Assembly (NCBI GenBank): GCA_951406725.2
Contig: OX597817.1
Location: 139,934,001-139,998,000, forward strand
Length of the DNA stretch: 64,000 nucleotides
DNA from: Octopus vulgaris
Lineage: Eukaryota
Reading direction: 5' to 3'
The notes under the pieces are model-generated. The model was not told where the DNA came from and ran no database searches. It was given only the letters and a program-made list of their open reading frames with translations. Each line of letters starts with the position of its first letter. The stretch's first letter is position 1. Shown one piece after another: positions 40,968 through 55,377 of the stretch. Position numbers and translations under genes: made by a program.

Positions 40968-41274
40968 TGCATTCACGTCTGTGTGTATAAGTATATAAAT
41001 GGATTTGTGTGTATGTGTTTTCACAAATCTTTGTGTATGTGTGCTTTTGTAAATGTTTGTGCCTATTGATATGCATTTGCGTGGGCACACACACACACAA
41101 ACAAACAAAGGCGCACAAAGACACGTACACATAGGCACACATGCACACATACGTATTTATATACTAGAGTGTGTATGTATATGAAACTTATGCGTGTGTC
41201 TGTGTGCGTCAGTCAGTAAACCTTTGTATGTACATACGTGTGTGTGCGTATGTGCAAATGCATGCCCAGAGATG

Positions 41275-41321
<47 letters not shown>

Positions 41322-44229
41322 TGTATGTATGTATGTATGTATGTATGTATATATCTTTGAGTGGAGTGTGTGCGTTTCTGTTTGTGTACGTGTGTAGTTG
41401 TGTGTGTGTGGTGTCGCTTGTCCATGTACTTAAGTAAAATGTTGATCAACGACAGGCCTGCATGATTAACCTCAGTAAACTCGTAGACTGCAAGTAATAG
41501 CCAACTTTTCCTCTCGTTGGTCGTCATACAGACCAACGACACGGACATATTGGAAACTTTATATCTATAATTCATTTGAAGCAAGTGTGAATTATTCAAG
41601 GAAAATTCACAGTTGACGTCAACGGCGTTGCAGAAATGTTGATTTAGTGAAAATTGACACCAGTTGATAAAGTCTCTCGTCGACTCCTCTCTGGTCGCCC
41701 GTCCGAGTTCAACGTCGTTTAGTGAAAAGCTATTAAGGGGAAAATATGTATTAGAGCAAATATGACCGCTGGGATGCAGTGCGCTGTCATGGACGGGTCC
41801 GTCTTTATGGTTTCATGGATGGTGTTGAAAGTAAATATAGATTCGGAATTCAGTGCAACTGGTGGTGGAGATAGTGGTTGCGGTTGTGGTGGTGATATGG
41901 TTGCCATAGTGGTGATGGTTATGGTGATAGTGGTGGTAATTGTGCTGGCTGCGACAGTAGTGGCAATGGAGATGTGATGATGGTTTTGTTGGTGGTGGTG
42001 TTGATGGTTGTGATGATGATGGCCGTGTTGTTGCGGATAATGGTGGCTGTGATGGTAGAGGTAAGATTGTTGTGGTGATGGCAGTAGTATTGGGGGTGGT
42101 AGCTGTGGAAGTGGTCGAGGTGTTGGCGCTAGCGGTGGTGGTCTGAGTTGGTAAAAATTGGTCTATAAAAATTCACAGGAAACTAAAATCCATTTATTTG
42201 TTACAACTCATATTTTCTGAATAAACTTATAATAAATTAGCTTTGATATAATTAATCCCCACCCACCAACTGCACCGCCGCCAGGTGGTTAGCCATACTA
42301 ATGAGATACTTATTTTGCTGGCTGAATGCTTAAAATATCCATTTTGCCATTATAAGTTCACGAGATCGAGCTTACTTCATGGCATCTTAGACAAAAGGTT
42401 TTACTTTACAGATTCATACTCACACACCATGTTACAAGTAAAAATACTTCATACTTCTCATCGTCAATGGCTCAAGATATTCAACGTTTAAGTTTCAACC
42501 CAGTCTAGTGAAAACTAGTTCTTTGCTTCCTCCGTTTATTTTAAACAAAAAAACAAAACACATGTGTTACTGGACAAGATACACAAATACTTGTTAAACT
42601 CTGTGATACAGTATATTACATTTTTAAAGTACCTTTCCACAAAACACTTGCTTCCAAAAACATATCAGAACATTTTTTAGAATGAAATAAAAAGAATATT
42701 TTATGTATCTTTTTAGAGATGCTATAGAAGTTCACCCAAACCTCCCGATTAAAACTAGGTCAAAGGAAACTGTGTGGAAACTCGATTATTATTGTAATTC
42801 AAAGGCTCACTTTTGTTGTAAATTGTATCACACTGCCAGAGAAGTAGGCAGTTGGATTTTAGAGTTAATCCGTCATCCAGTTTAATACCAACACCTCATC
42901 CTTGGGTATCTTTAGCGATGTCCATTCAGGTCATGTCTTCCGTCAAAAAAAAATCCCTTCCTCTATTTTCTCCTTCACACTTATCTCGAAGACCCCGAAA
43001 ATAGTCACGGACGCTGCCCGTCCACCCCTAATCTAAGCCATTAAATGATTCATGTTTCTAAGTTCCAAATTTCATTCCAATCACACACGAGTCGCCAGAT
43101 TGAACCACAATTTGTATATTTCACTCGTCTTCAGGACTGCTTGCTACTATTCATTTAACGATTCAGTAACTTGTTACTTTTTGGAATAATTAAAGCAATT
43201 TTGATGCTAAAATTAATTTTCTATTTTATTAAAAAATTTATATTAACGATATTTTTGGTCAATCAGTAAAATTTATAGAGAAATTAAATGACAAAATCTT
43301 GGCAAACCAAACAATAGAGACACAGTAATTAGTATAGAATTAAATCATTTGATACAGTGATTGCCAATGCAGTTCATAAAGTTAATGCATAAAGCAAGAA
43401 GACATGAATTTGTATTCCTCATTCAAACTGATTGCTTTATTGAAACTTTATTACTGATTGCATTATACAACAGCTGCTACAGCACTACCAATTACATTAT
43501 ATGTTATAAACCAGTTGTTCGAGCAATCGTTACAATTGTGAATTTGTATCTTAAAGTATTTTTCTTCATTCATTCAATGCAAAAATGTTTAAAATTAATT
43601 TAAAACACCAAATATTTTGATAATTATATATAATTAATGTATTGTAATGACATTCGTAGGAATTACAAAATGAATGAATGTACAACCGAAGCACTGTCGG
43701 ACGGGCATTGTTTAGTAGTAATGTTTGATAACGTGGTTTTGTGGGTGGGCACTTTTAGGTAACACTATTTTTGCAACTTCGCTAATAGTGGGACTTCGCT
43801 AACAGGCTATCTAAATACAGCATGCATTCTTTGCTATTTAAGAGCGTAGGACATGAATCGAGGGACATACGTATGTTATTTTAAGCTTGGAGAGCGACAT
43901 GTAAAAGATTCCTGGCATAATAAAGTGAATCAGATGTTCTTTGTAACAGTTGTTCATGCGTTTGCGGATGCCTGGGTAAGCTAAGAATCTTTAAAAAATA
44001 AATATATTTTATCCATTTCCTTACTATTCTCGTTTATACAGCGAGCCAGTAGAGAAAATACGTTAAAATGTTTCAAAAATCCTACTTAACTGATCAACAA
44101 TTTTCTTTACAACACATAATGATTATCCATGAATTTAACAAGTCCTTTTTCATCCCAATATCACTAAGAAGTAGTACTGAAGGCATTTTGTTGCATTTGT
44201 AATTCCTCATGCAAAAATTAGAATATATT

Positions 44230-45900
44230 GCTTGCCATTTTACATATACCTTATCACCGTTCTCCCGTGAAATATAATTTTCTTCCTGTAACACCATACG
44301 CTATTTTGTTTGAATTACATAATTTTGATTTACCCATTTGTTCCCGTGTTTTCTCGTTTATGATTGTGATAGCACTTCCCGTGTCTACTTGCATTCTGAC
44401 CCTAATGTTTTTAATTCTCACATTCACGAACTTTCTTTTTGTTGTAGTCATAACTTTTCTTGCTGACAAACTGTTTATTTTTCTTGTTTGTTCTATTTTC
44501 CTAACCCTCCTAATTTTTCAGTGCGATTTTATATCCTGTAAATCCTCAGCGAAAACACATTGCTTTTTTTTTTATACGGACAATTTTTCTTCAGGTGCTT
44601 CCAACCCCATTCCATGCATAGGTCTACATCCCGATATTTTTTCTGTTTTTCCTGCGACACCTTATTTGTCTTCCGACTTTTTTGCACTGGTCATAAGTGA
44701 AAACACTCTCTCTGTTGAATTTCTTCCATATCATGCCTTAATTTTAATATCCGATCACACTCTTCCGACAGTTTCTGCAATGTCAAATCCTGGTTCATTT
44801 CCAGTTTTGATAGAATTTTCTTTCGGATTTCTGCATTCCTTTTATCTGTCAATCCTCCTGCAAAACTCAAACACTTGAAAGAATCTATAGTAAGCACATC
44901 TAGCCAAAATCTTTTACATTCTTTGTTAACTCTGCCTGTGTAAGTAGTGAAATCTTCATCTTCATCTTCTCTCTTTTCTGTTTAAATATTTCCATCTAGT
45001 ATTAAACAATGAGATCTTTTCACTAAACATTTTGCACAAAATGTCAACTGTGTCGGTAAAATTTATGTAGGACTCTTTATTTTTTGGCACTATGAAATTA
45101 CTATACTTCTCATGCTCTGCTGTCGCTAGTTTTCTTAACACTAGACGCATTTTCATTTCGTCCGTCCAATCCTGACATTCTTTTTCAAATATTTGTTGAA
45201 ATATTCGAAACTAAGTTTCAAGGTTAATCCTTCGGGAATATATTTGAATTCGCGTTTGGAATTTGCTACATGGTCAGGTGAAAATGTATTCTCCGATTTG
45301 GTTTCCAACCTCATTCGTTGCAACATTTGCCGCTGTAATCCTTGTTGTTGTTCTCGTTGTTCCTTGAGTTGTTGTTGTTGTTGTTGTTGTTTTTGCAACT
45401 CAGTTATCTCAGCTAATAAGTCTTTCACAGTTTACGATTTTCGTAAGTTTGCACAACAAAATTTTCGTTTCCTTTTTTGTCGAGTTATTTAAGTTCCACG
45501 TGAATTGGTTTAAACTCTCTGTCTGAATGTTTTTTCTTTCATTCCGTATAAATTTGTTTTTCCTCGTCGTCACTGTTGTAAAGCAATCTTTTGCCACTGT
45601 TGTATCTGTCTTTAGTCGAAGATTATCGCTCTGGCAGATAGTGTTATATTTCGTAGTCAATAGAAGAGTTCTATCTGGAACTATACGACCCCCCAGTCAT
45701 ACAGTGTTAATATCCCCAAAAGGTCGGATCGTTTTAACATCCACTCAGGATCACAGTATGATTACTATATCAGCACAGACACGACTATCATCACAGTCTA
45801 CACGTACTCTCGATTTTTCGACATTCCTTCGACCTGCACGTGATTTGAAAACAAAACACACAGCAGTTAGAAATAAAACGTTATTGCTTCATCTTTGCTG
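44230..45900 (-). mobile_element. Ty3/Gypsy gag-protease relic with probable 5' LTR end and PBS
   Basis: Frameshifted Gag (KMRLVLRKL...SLFNTRW...FKCLSF...LTLQKLSEECDR), decayed Cys/His knuckle and aspartic protease QVDTGSAITII. Minus ACAACAG-TGACGACGAGG near 45550-45570 resembles an LTR-end/PBS junction. The outer boundary is approximate. Confidence 0.85.
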
Positions 45901-47284
45901 AAAGAACAAACTGATGACAAAAATAATTTCATTTGGTTTTTCGATGAGTCAATTGATATTGCTAAGGGAAAAGTATTTATATGTGTGTGTCTGTGTGTAT
46001 GAGCGCGTGTTTGGGTGTGTCTGTGTGTGCCAAATATTTCGGTGAACGGCTAAATAAAATGATAGAGCAATTTGTAGGGGTTAATTTCTGTTACCAAAGG
46101 TATTGCTGATTCAAGTCATGAAGAAATTCTTAGATAAATTGACAATTCATATTGAAAACTTTATTAATCTTGACATTAATGAAATTCGATAAAACCAAAC
46201 TTGCTTCTCATGAAAAAGAGTTGGAACTTCTCTATTTAGCATGTCCTCATAGTGTTGAAGAATTATCTTCTAATATTGACTATTTGTTAAACTTATATCG
46301 TGCATTTCAGTAGCGGTTCCTCACCACCTTTGGTAAAGTAATTAAACAACGATGGTGAGGAACTAGTAAAAATGAAATACCCGTCCTGTCACTCGAGTAG
46401 TTTATGAAAAATAACGTGTCAAAAGAATTCTTAACCTATGGAGTGTATTAAAGTCACATTTTAAATGACATCTGCTTGTATTAAGTCAGAGAATTACATG
46501 AAATTAGAAACTTTAATTAACAATTATAACATTTGGATTGAGTGAAATAAAAAAACAAAATGTTCTCTTCCAAGAAGAAACATCGGACCATTGTAGTATC
46601 TGAGTAAAGTATGCAGTTTTATTTTGTTTTCAGCAATTTTGCATCGTCAATATGTGAAGCTTCAAATAAATGAAAGCCTTCAGCTACAGTACGTTCCATT
46701 TGAAGAATTTGAGTTTAGATACGAATTCTTTAACAATTTAACCAATAAAATTTCATCAAAAATACTCCAAGAATAAAGAACTGCTATAAAAAGAGATGTT
46801 TAAGATTTCTGAGATGAGATGACAATGAAATCTTGGAACGTGTACCTAGAAATACCGAGATTCTTACAAAGATTAAAAACCAAATTTCTTATTGAATCAT
46901 ACTCGTCTATCTTTTGTAGTTCCCCATCTTTATCTTTGGTTAACACACGACTGACAAACTATATTTCCTATTGATTGCGGGTTATGATTTTGGAGACGTC
47001 GAATTGCCAGACAGTGCCAAAAAAAAAAAAAGAAAGCAAAACCAAACAAGCAAACAAACAAAGAAAAAACGCGTCAGTAAGCAAGGTCATGATAAAACGA
47101 ATGTTTCCGAATTTCACTTTCACCAAATTTAGACAAAAAGGATTTGGTATCGTTAGATTTAAGTCTAGAAATTAAGCTTGAAGAATAAAAGTCTTGTTAC
47201 GAATTTATGTCTAAAGCTTCTACAATAACAACAACAACAACAACAACAACAGTAGCAGCAACAACAACAACAACAACAGCAACA

Positions 47285-47665
47285 ATCCTTCCTAAAAAAG
47301 CACAAGGCCTGAAATTTGGGGGAGGGGATTAGTCGATTACATCGACCTCAGTGTTTTACTGGTACTTAAAAGGATGAAAGCAAAATTGACCTCGGCGGAA
47401 TCTGAATTAAGAACGTAGCGGCAGACGAAATACCTGTTTCTTTACTACCCACAAGGGGCTAAACACAGCGGGGACTAACAAGGACAGACAAACGGATTAA
47501 GCCGATTACATCGACCCAGTGCATAACTGGTACTTATTTAATGGACCCCGAAAGGATGAAAGGCAAAGTCGACCTCGGCGGAATTTGAACTCAGAACGTA
47601 ACGGCAGACGAAATACCGCTAAGCATTTCGTCCGGTGTGCTAATGATTCTGCCAGTTCGTCACCC
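47285..47665 (-). mobile_element. SINE A nested into a B-tail SINE
   Basis: A-tail unit (47665 to 47434) joined at GAAACA|GGTATTTCGTC to a headless unit with a B tail ending in (TTG)n. Confidence 0.85.
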
Positions 47666-47694
47666 TGCTGCTACTACTACTGTTAATAATGTAT

Positions 47695-48835
47695 AGAAAA
47701 CTGTTGACAACTTACGGAGCCCACCATCCGAAAGCTGATATTAACCGGCTGTACTTGAGGAGAGACCAGAGTAGAAGAGGCTTAATTGCTGTGGAAAAGT
47801 GTGTATAGATGGAAAGGAAAAACCCCGTAGAATATTTACAGAACAGCACGGAGAAATACCGAAGACAGTGAAAAAAGAAACCGGTGATCAAGTGTGGAAT
47901 AAAATAAAAGGACAAGAATGGAATTCAAAGAGAGCACGTTAGACAGATTGAAGAGAAACGTCTGCACGGTCAATTTTAGAGAGCCACTGAAGATGTATGT
48001 GGAAATATTCGAAACTAAGTCTCGAAGGTTACTCCTTCGGGAATATATTTGAATTATCTTATGGAATTTGCTACATGGTCAGGTGAAAATGTATTCTCCG
48101 ATTTGGTTTCCAACCTCATTCGTATATGGGGCGGATGTGTTAGAAAATGTAGAATCTGTGGAACTTGGAACGAGACAGTGACACACATTGTTGCAGAATG
48201 TCTCAAGTTGGCACAGGAAGAATATAAGAAATAGACGTATGATCAAGTGATAAAAGTTTTACACTGGAAGCTCTGCCAACAGAAATGGTGATTTGAAGCT
48301 GGAGACACATCGAGTCGAAAGAGTGCTCGAGTAGAAGAACTGTAAGATTTTGTGGGATTTTCCTATTCAAATGAATAAAAAAAGCAAGAAAACAACAGAC
48401 CAGACATAACAGTAGTAGACAAAGAAAAGCGAAGTTGCTTACTAATTGATCCATCATGTCCGTTTGATTTTCAGGATCGTAAAAAGAGAAGGCGAAAAAA
48501 CAAACAAAAAACAACAACAATACCTTAAAATTTGAAATTGCAAGAATTTGGAATATGAAAACTGTAAAGGTTATGCCTGTAATAATTGGTGCATTAGGAA
48601 CTGTAAGCAAAGATATAGACAAATGGTTGAAGGAGATTGGAATAGAATGCCTTGTAGAGCTTCAACAGAAAGTTTGTCTCTTGGGAACAGGAAAGATTAA
48701 TAGGAGAGTTTTAAGTACTTGAAAGACTATTGATAGCTTGTGAATAACTAAGGTTACAGGTAGTAACATTTACAAGTTGTAAACCGCTACTAACATAAAT
48801 TCTACCAAGAATAAGACCGAACCCGAGTCAAATCA
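47695..48835 (+). mobile_element. RLE-type (R4/Dong-like) LINE 3' part
   Basis: YGAHHPKADINRLY, RLHGQF, CRICGTWNETVTHIVAEC, WDFPIQ, RPDI and PVIIGALGTV motifs. Ends in (AAC/AAT)n. Confidence 0.88.
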
Positions 48836-49074
48836 ACAACAATAATAACAATAATTTGTTTTATTAGCCACAAGAACATAAACAAGGGAGATATCACAAG
48901 GACAGTCTTCTGAAGACGAGAATGAAATTCTTGATGCATTAATTAAAAATTTTTTACAATTATTATTTTAAATAATTCGCTAGAAATATGATCAATGTGA
49001 CGTTGTCAGCGTTTATCAACCCAGCATGCATTGTCCCTGTCCAATGGATGGCCTTTAATAATGTTAAATTCCAG

Positions 49075-49150
49075 ATCAATGACCAAGAACCAAAATATAG
49101 AGGAGTTAAGAAGATGGAGAGAGCATTCATGATGTTCAACAAAATAACCG
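49075..49150 (+). CDS. Putative second coding exon of the same gene
   Basis: Acceptor aaattccag|, 76 nt reading [25 protein letters not shown]+G, donor CCG|GTCAGC. Only the phase-0 frame is open, matching exon 1. Exit phase 1 matches exon 3. Linkage across 46 kb is inferred. Confidence 0.45.
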
Positions 49151-49151
49151 G

Positions 49152-49362
49152 TCAGCCAGCCAGCCAGCCAATCAACCAACCAACCAACCAACCAACCAAC
49201 CAGCCAACCAACCAACCAACCAGCCAACCAACCAGCCAACCAACCAACCAACCAACCAACCAACCAACCAACCAACCAACCAACCAACCAACCAACCAGC
49301 CAGCTAGCCAGCCAACCAACCAAACAATCAACCAAACAACCAACCAACCAGCCAGCCAGTCA

Positions 49363-49430
<68 letters not shown>

Positions 49431-49463
49431 ACTAACCAACCAGCCAGCCAGCCAGCCAACCAA
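49152..49463. repeat. (CAAC)n/(CAGC)n tetranucleotide repeat starting at the exon-2 donor
   Basis: Read directly. Confidence 0.95.
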
Positions 49464-50728
49464 CCTGTCACCCTCCACCCCCACTATTATATTACCAAAC
49501 CTACGAAATCTCTTTACACTATCTTTTCCACTTCGTCAGCGGGAATTTAATTATTTCATAAATAATTACTGCACATTAATTAGCCACACACTGATTATAT
49601 TTCCACTGGTATTGTTTATGGGATTATATTTAATTAGCGAGGTAAATATTTACATGTAACTGAGGGGGGTGGGGGTGATAGTGGTGAGGCAGAGGAGAGA
49701 AGGAAAGAGGAGGAAGAGGAAGAAGATGAAGAAGATTGAGATGATGATGATGGTGATGGTAGTAGTGAAGGTGATGAAAAAGAAGAACAGGAAGATGATG
49801 ATAATGATAAAGAAGATGAAGAAAAGGAAGAATGAGAAGAAAAAAGACGAAGACAAAGAAGAATGAATGAAAGAGCAGGAAGAGGAGGATGAGAAGAAGG
49901 AAAGGAAAAGAGAAATGTGGAAGACCAAAAGAGGAGGAGGAGAAGGAGTAGGATGAAGAAGAGAACAATGAAGTGGGGAGGAAGATGACGAAGAGAAGAA
50001 ATAGAAGAAAAGGACAAGGTAGAAGACAAAGACAGGGATGAAGGAGACGAGGAAGGGAATACAATAACAGCAGCAGCAGCAGCAGCAACAACGCTCAGAG
50101 AAAAGTGAGGAAAGGAAATGGTGAAGAATCTGTTTGGATCTAAGTGTGGGCAAGTTGTTATTAAGATCTGTCAATAATTGGTTGTTTCCTCAAGAAAACC
50201 ATGACCTGCCTGTCTTTCGAAAAAAGAAGAAAAAAAATAAAAAAAAAAGAAGAAGAAAAAAAGCCGATATATTGAACACAGAGTGATACATCGCTAAGAT
50301 ATCGATGGAAACTTTGCCAAACTTCAATATTGTCTTTATTTCGACCTGGTGTAATTGATTATAAATGGGAAAACGAAATATAATAGATTATATAAATTAT
50401 TACTATTATTATTATTATTATTATTATAATTGTTGTTGTTGTTGTTGTTGTAGTTCTTCTTCCCATCATCATCATTATTATCATCACTCCCTTTCTATGC
50501 AAAGCACATCTCAACACACAGGTACGCATAATATGTAAGTATATATATATATATTTATGTATATACACGCATACACACACATGGACACATCTACATCTAC
50601 ATATATATATACACAAACATATATAGACATGCATACACATGTATAAACACACATATATAGACAAACATACATACAAATATACATGTCTGTATATATGTTT
50701 GCATGTATATGTATACATATACATACAT

Positions 50729-50763
<35 letters not shown>

Positions 50764-50773
50764 CATACATGCA

Positions 50774-50821
<48 letters not shown>

Positions 50822-50874
50822 TTGTTTGCATGTATATGTATATATATACATACATATACATATATATATATATA

Positions 50875-50920
<46 letters not shown>

Positions 50921-53247
50921 TAGTATGTATGTATGCGTGCATGTATGTATGTATGCGTGCATGTATGTATGTATCTTCTTATCTATATATTGAACATTTG
51001 AAATCGAATTTACGTTTTTCCAATCGTAGTCTTCGTAAACATCATTCTACCAAAATATCAATCAATTTTCAGCCAATCGATTCGATGAATAAATATTGGA
51101 GCTTCACCAGGTAATTTCACAAATATTTTAAATACCGAAAGCAATTTCCAACACTGAGGTAAAGGGTTTTGAGTGCTACACACATACAAAAAAAAAGAAA
51201 GAAAATGCTTTAATTCGAGTTAACGACAGAACTCCTGTGTAGTCAATCGTTCTGCTAGAAATATTAATCAAATCATCTTGAAATTACGTATTTTACTCTC
51301 TTTTATTATATTTTATATTATAACAGGTGAACCTTAACGTCCATTGTTATAGTTCTCTATGAAATTCTTACCGTATTTCAGAAACTATCAATGGCAAAGA
51401 ATTATTTAGTCTGGCGGTTCAAATTTCCCATGCTGTAGTTTTATTTGAAAGACCGACTCTTCGAGTTCCTTGCCTCTCTTTTTTTTTCGCTGATACACAT
51501 AACACATTTACATACATACATACACGCATGCATACAATCATACACATATACGCATACATACACAGACTCATATATACGCACATACACACCGCCGCCCCCA
51601 CACATATGTATATATATATCTCTGTTGATGCACGTATGTGTGTATGTGTGTGTGTAACAGAGTGTATTTACATGGAAACTTGCATATACAAATAAATGAA
51701 TTGTGTAATCAAGTCTTATCTTTACAGCTGTTTCAGATAAATTGTTACTTGTGCGATAACCATGTATATTATGTAATAAAGTCCAACAAAACTAGGTGTA
51801 TGGATCATCACAAATTTCGAGGGATCTCTGATGCGAAATAATGTTATCTTCATCAGAAGTTCCTGGCAAATAACATAGTATAGAACATCGTTTATGAATA
51901 TATAATTTTAAATGGGAGACTGGAAAGGGGGTTCAGGGGGTTTAAAGTGAGGAGCATTGGATGAAAAGTAGGATGCGGGGTGTCGGGGTTGGAGTGAGTT
52001 GCTGAGGGAAATTTAGTATGACACTAAATGAGTTAAAATAGGCAATAAAAATAGGTATGTAGGCTATATGGGAGGAGGCCAGTGTCTGGTGATGAAGAGA
52101 TTAACAATGAAAGTTAAAGGTCTGTTGTGGGTGGTTGAAACAGGAACGCCAGTTACGTGATGGTTAAGTTAGTGCTAGACTATAAATAGAAGGTATACTA
52201 AAGTGTTAACTAGAATGAAGTAGAATCAGATTTATTGCAATTTGAGGCATGGCAAAGGTATTTCGGAGGTATCTCGAACAATTTAAAGATCGAAGAAAGG
52301 GATGAAATGGTAAGGCACCAAACTAGATAGTTTACCTGAAATTTCTCCGCTGGTGGCCAACTGGCGGAATCATTAGAATGTTAAAAGAAATGCTTTGCAG
52401 TATTTGTTTCCGATGTTTACCTTCTTGGGGCAAACACCAGTAAAACAACAGTGCTGGTGATGTGGACCGACCGTCCTAAAACTGGTGGCTTTGAATCTAA
52501 ACCAGAAAGTATCATTAAATTCCTCCTGAGCAAAGGGTTACCGAAAACGCTAGAGTTTTCAATTGTCTTATGACTCTTTATATTCTGAGTTCAAATTCTG
52601 CAGACATCATCTTTTTCTTGTCATCCTTTCGGAGTCGATAAAATAAAGTAAAAGCCAAATACTGAGATCACTCGCATCGACTAATCCATTTTCCTAAAGT
52701 TGCTGGCTTCAGGTTTATATTAAAAATATTTATTAAGTTTCACCATCTTAGTTCTGATTTCAAAGTCCACCTGACTCGGCTTCAACCGTCATCTTCTACG
52801 TTCATTAACACATCTTTACGCATTGGGGCTGATATATTTTACTGTATTCTACTTCAACAATTGGCAAGGGACCCCAGGAATCATTATTTAAATTTTGAAA
52901 GACAATCATTGCTATCTTAATTAATTATAAGAATTTTAGCAACATAAGTTAATTAGGAGGTTGGTTTCAAATATTGACTATAAACCAGTGCTGGAGAATA
53001 TAAACGTGAGAGAGAATATAATCGAATTATTGTTGAATGGAAATACATTGTAATATATTTTAATGAGAGAATAACGTGTGAAGATGTAACTATTAATTTA
53101 GAAGTTCTGTTCTGTGAGGATAATTTGGGGAGATGAGTAAGTATATTGCTGTTGTAGGTGTGTTTTATACGAGTCAGGTTTGTAGGAGTGAAAATATATC
53201 AGGCTTAGTTGAACAGAGATAAGCGACATTAAATGTAATGTTTTAGG

Positions 53248-53305
<58 letters not shown>

Positions 53306-53404
53306 GCGGAAGGAAAAATGGAAGAGAGAGAAAAAGAAGAGAAGGAAATGAAAGAGAAATGAAATAAAATGAGTGCGTAGGAGAGAAAGAGAGAGAGAGA
53401 GGGA

Positions 53405-53435
<31 letters not shown>

Positions 53436-53548
53436 GAAGGGAAGAGAGGAGAGAGCAAGAGAGAACGAGGTAGCAATCAAAATATTATTCAACAGGAGTC
53501 TATGTATGTAAGGATTTAACTATGGAAGGCAATCGAAAACATAATCTA

Positions 53549-54836
53549 TCAGGTTGAGTAAAAAGTAAGCAACGTTTTGAACCACGAAGTATTTGTACCG
53601 GATTTTTGCAGTGTTTTGAATTTTTTAAAACATTCTTTTTTGCAATTGTCTGATAATACAGTCATAGACTTGCCCAAATGCATCAATAAATTAACATTGA
53701 TATTTCTTTCAACGCTGTTACAATAATCTGAAATGGAAATGTCAAAGCGCGATATTCGGGCAATTTTGCTATTCAACTTCGAAATGGTCGTAAAGCAGCC
53801 GAAACTGCTCGCGATATCAACGAAACGTTTGGGGAAGAAACGACCAGTGAGTGGTCAGCTCGAAAATGGTTTAAACGATTTCGCAGTGGAAACCTGAGCC
53901 TTGAAGATCATGAGCGTAGTGAACGCACACCTGTCATCGATGGCGGTCGATTAAAGACCGTCATTGAGAAAGATCCACGTAAAACCACTCGAGAACTGAC
54001 AAAAGAACTTCAAGCTAGCCAGAAAACTGCCTGCAACCATTTGCATGCAATCGAAAAATAAATAAAAAACTCGACAAATGAGTACGACATGATTTGAATG
54101 AAAATCAGAAAATGTGCAGATATGAAATTTGCTAGTCGCATTTTCTCCGTAACCAAACCGAACTATTTCTCGACCGTATTGTAACTTGCGATGAAAAGTG
54201 GATTCTGTACAACAATAAAGCATGTTCTTTGCAGTGGTTGGAACAAAATGAAGCGCTGAAAACCTTCCCCAAACCCGAGCTTTTCAAAAAGAAGGTTCTA
54301 GTGATTGTTTGGGGGTGTACTGTTGGACCCATCCACTATAACTTCTTAAAACCCGGAAAAACCATTACCGCAGAAACATATTGCCATGAAATTGCCAAAA
54401 TGAACGAAAAGCGGCTTCTCCTCCGTCCCAGATTGGTCAACAGAAGAGGGCAAATCATTCTTCATGACAAGGCAGGACCACGCATTTCACTAATGACGCT
54501 CCAGAATTTGTGGGTAATGTGGCTACAAAGTTCTTCCCCACCCAGCTTATTCCCCAGGCCTTTCTCCTATCGACTACCACTTTTGAAGCACCTTGATGGT
54601 TTCCTGCGAGAGAAGGAGATCAAAAATCAAACTGATGCTGAAAGTGCATTCAAAGAGTTCATCAGCTCCAGAATTCCAGATTTTTATGTTACCAGAATAA
54701 ACAAACTTGCAATTCGTTGGCAAAATTGTGTTAATTGCAATGGCTCTTACTTTGGTGAATAAAATTTCCACATTGTTAAAATATATTGTGATGAATTTTA
54801 TGTTTCAAAACGTTGCTTACGTTTTACTCTGCTAGA
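53549..54836 (+). mobile_element. Full-length (1288 bp) defective mariner
   Basis: TIRs TCAGGTTGAGTAAAAAGTAAGCAACGTTTTGAA / TTCAAAACGTTGCTTACGTTTTACTC with TA flanks. MEMSKRDIR start, VTCDEKW, HDKA and YSP..SP.DYH motifs; frameshifts and stops. Confidence 0.95.
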
Positions 54837-54925
54837 TAGCATTCGCACATCCATGAAGTTATTCTGTTAGGGTCTACGCAATGAACGCTTGGGAAGAAGT
54901 GAAAGCGATAATGTATTATAGATAC

Positions 54926-55008
<83 letters not shown>

Positions 55009-55074
55009 GCACACATATATATTTCGTTTTGGGATTTGGTTTGCAAGATTCTTTATATGAGTTCGTGTGTTGAA

Positions 55075-55278
55075 GCATATTCTGTTGTGTCTGGGGAGAG
55101 TAATTTTCTTTTTTATTTAACACACTCACCGGTAAAATTTCCACTTTTTTCTTATTTTTATTTTAATTTTTATTTTAGGAGAATAAAAATAAGAAAAAAG
55201 TGGAAATTTTACCAGTGAGTGTGTTAAATAATAAGGCACAAAAAGAAAATGACTCTCCCCAGACACAAGAGAATATAT
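55075..55278. repeat. Near-perfect palindrome with ~90-bp arms
   Basis: GTGTCTGGGGAGAGT...TTTAACACACTCAC.GGTAAAATTTCCACTTTTTTCTTATTTTTATT is mirrored after about 55180. Confidence 0.9.
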
Positions 55279-55377
55279 ATATTATTCGTAAAATAATTGA
55301 AAATTCTGAATTATATATATATGTGTGTGTATGTATGTATGTATGTATGTATGTATGTATGTATGTATGTATGTATG

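Noticed and set aside
51810-51862. Minus-strand CTGATGA...GAAA as a hammerhead
   Set aside because: Stems I and III cannot be formed.
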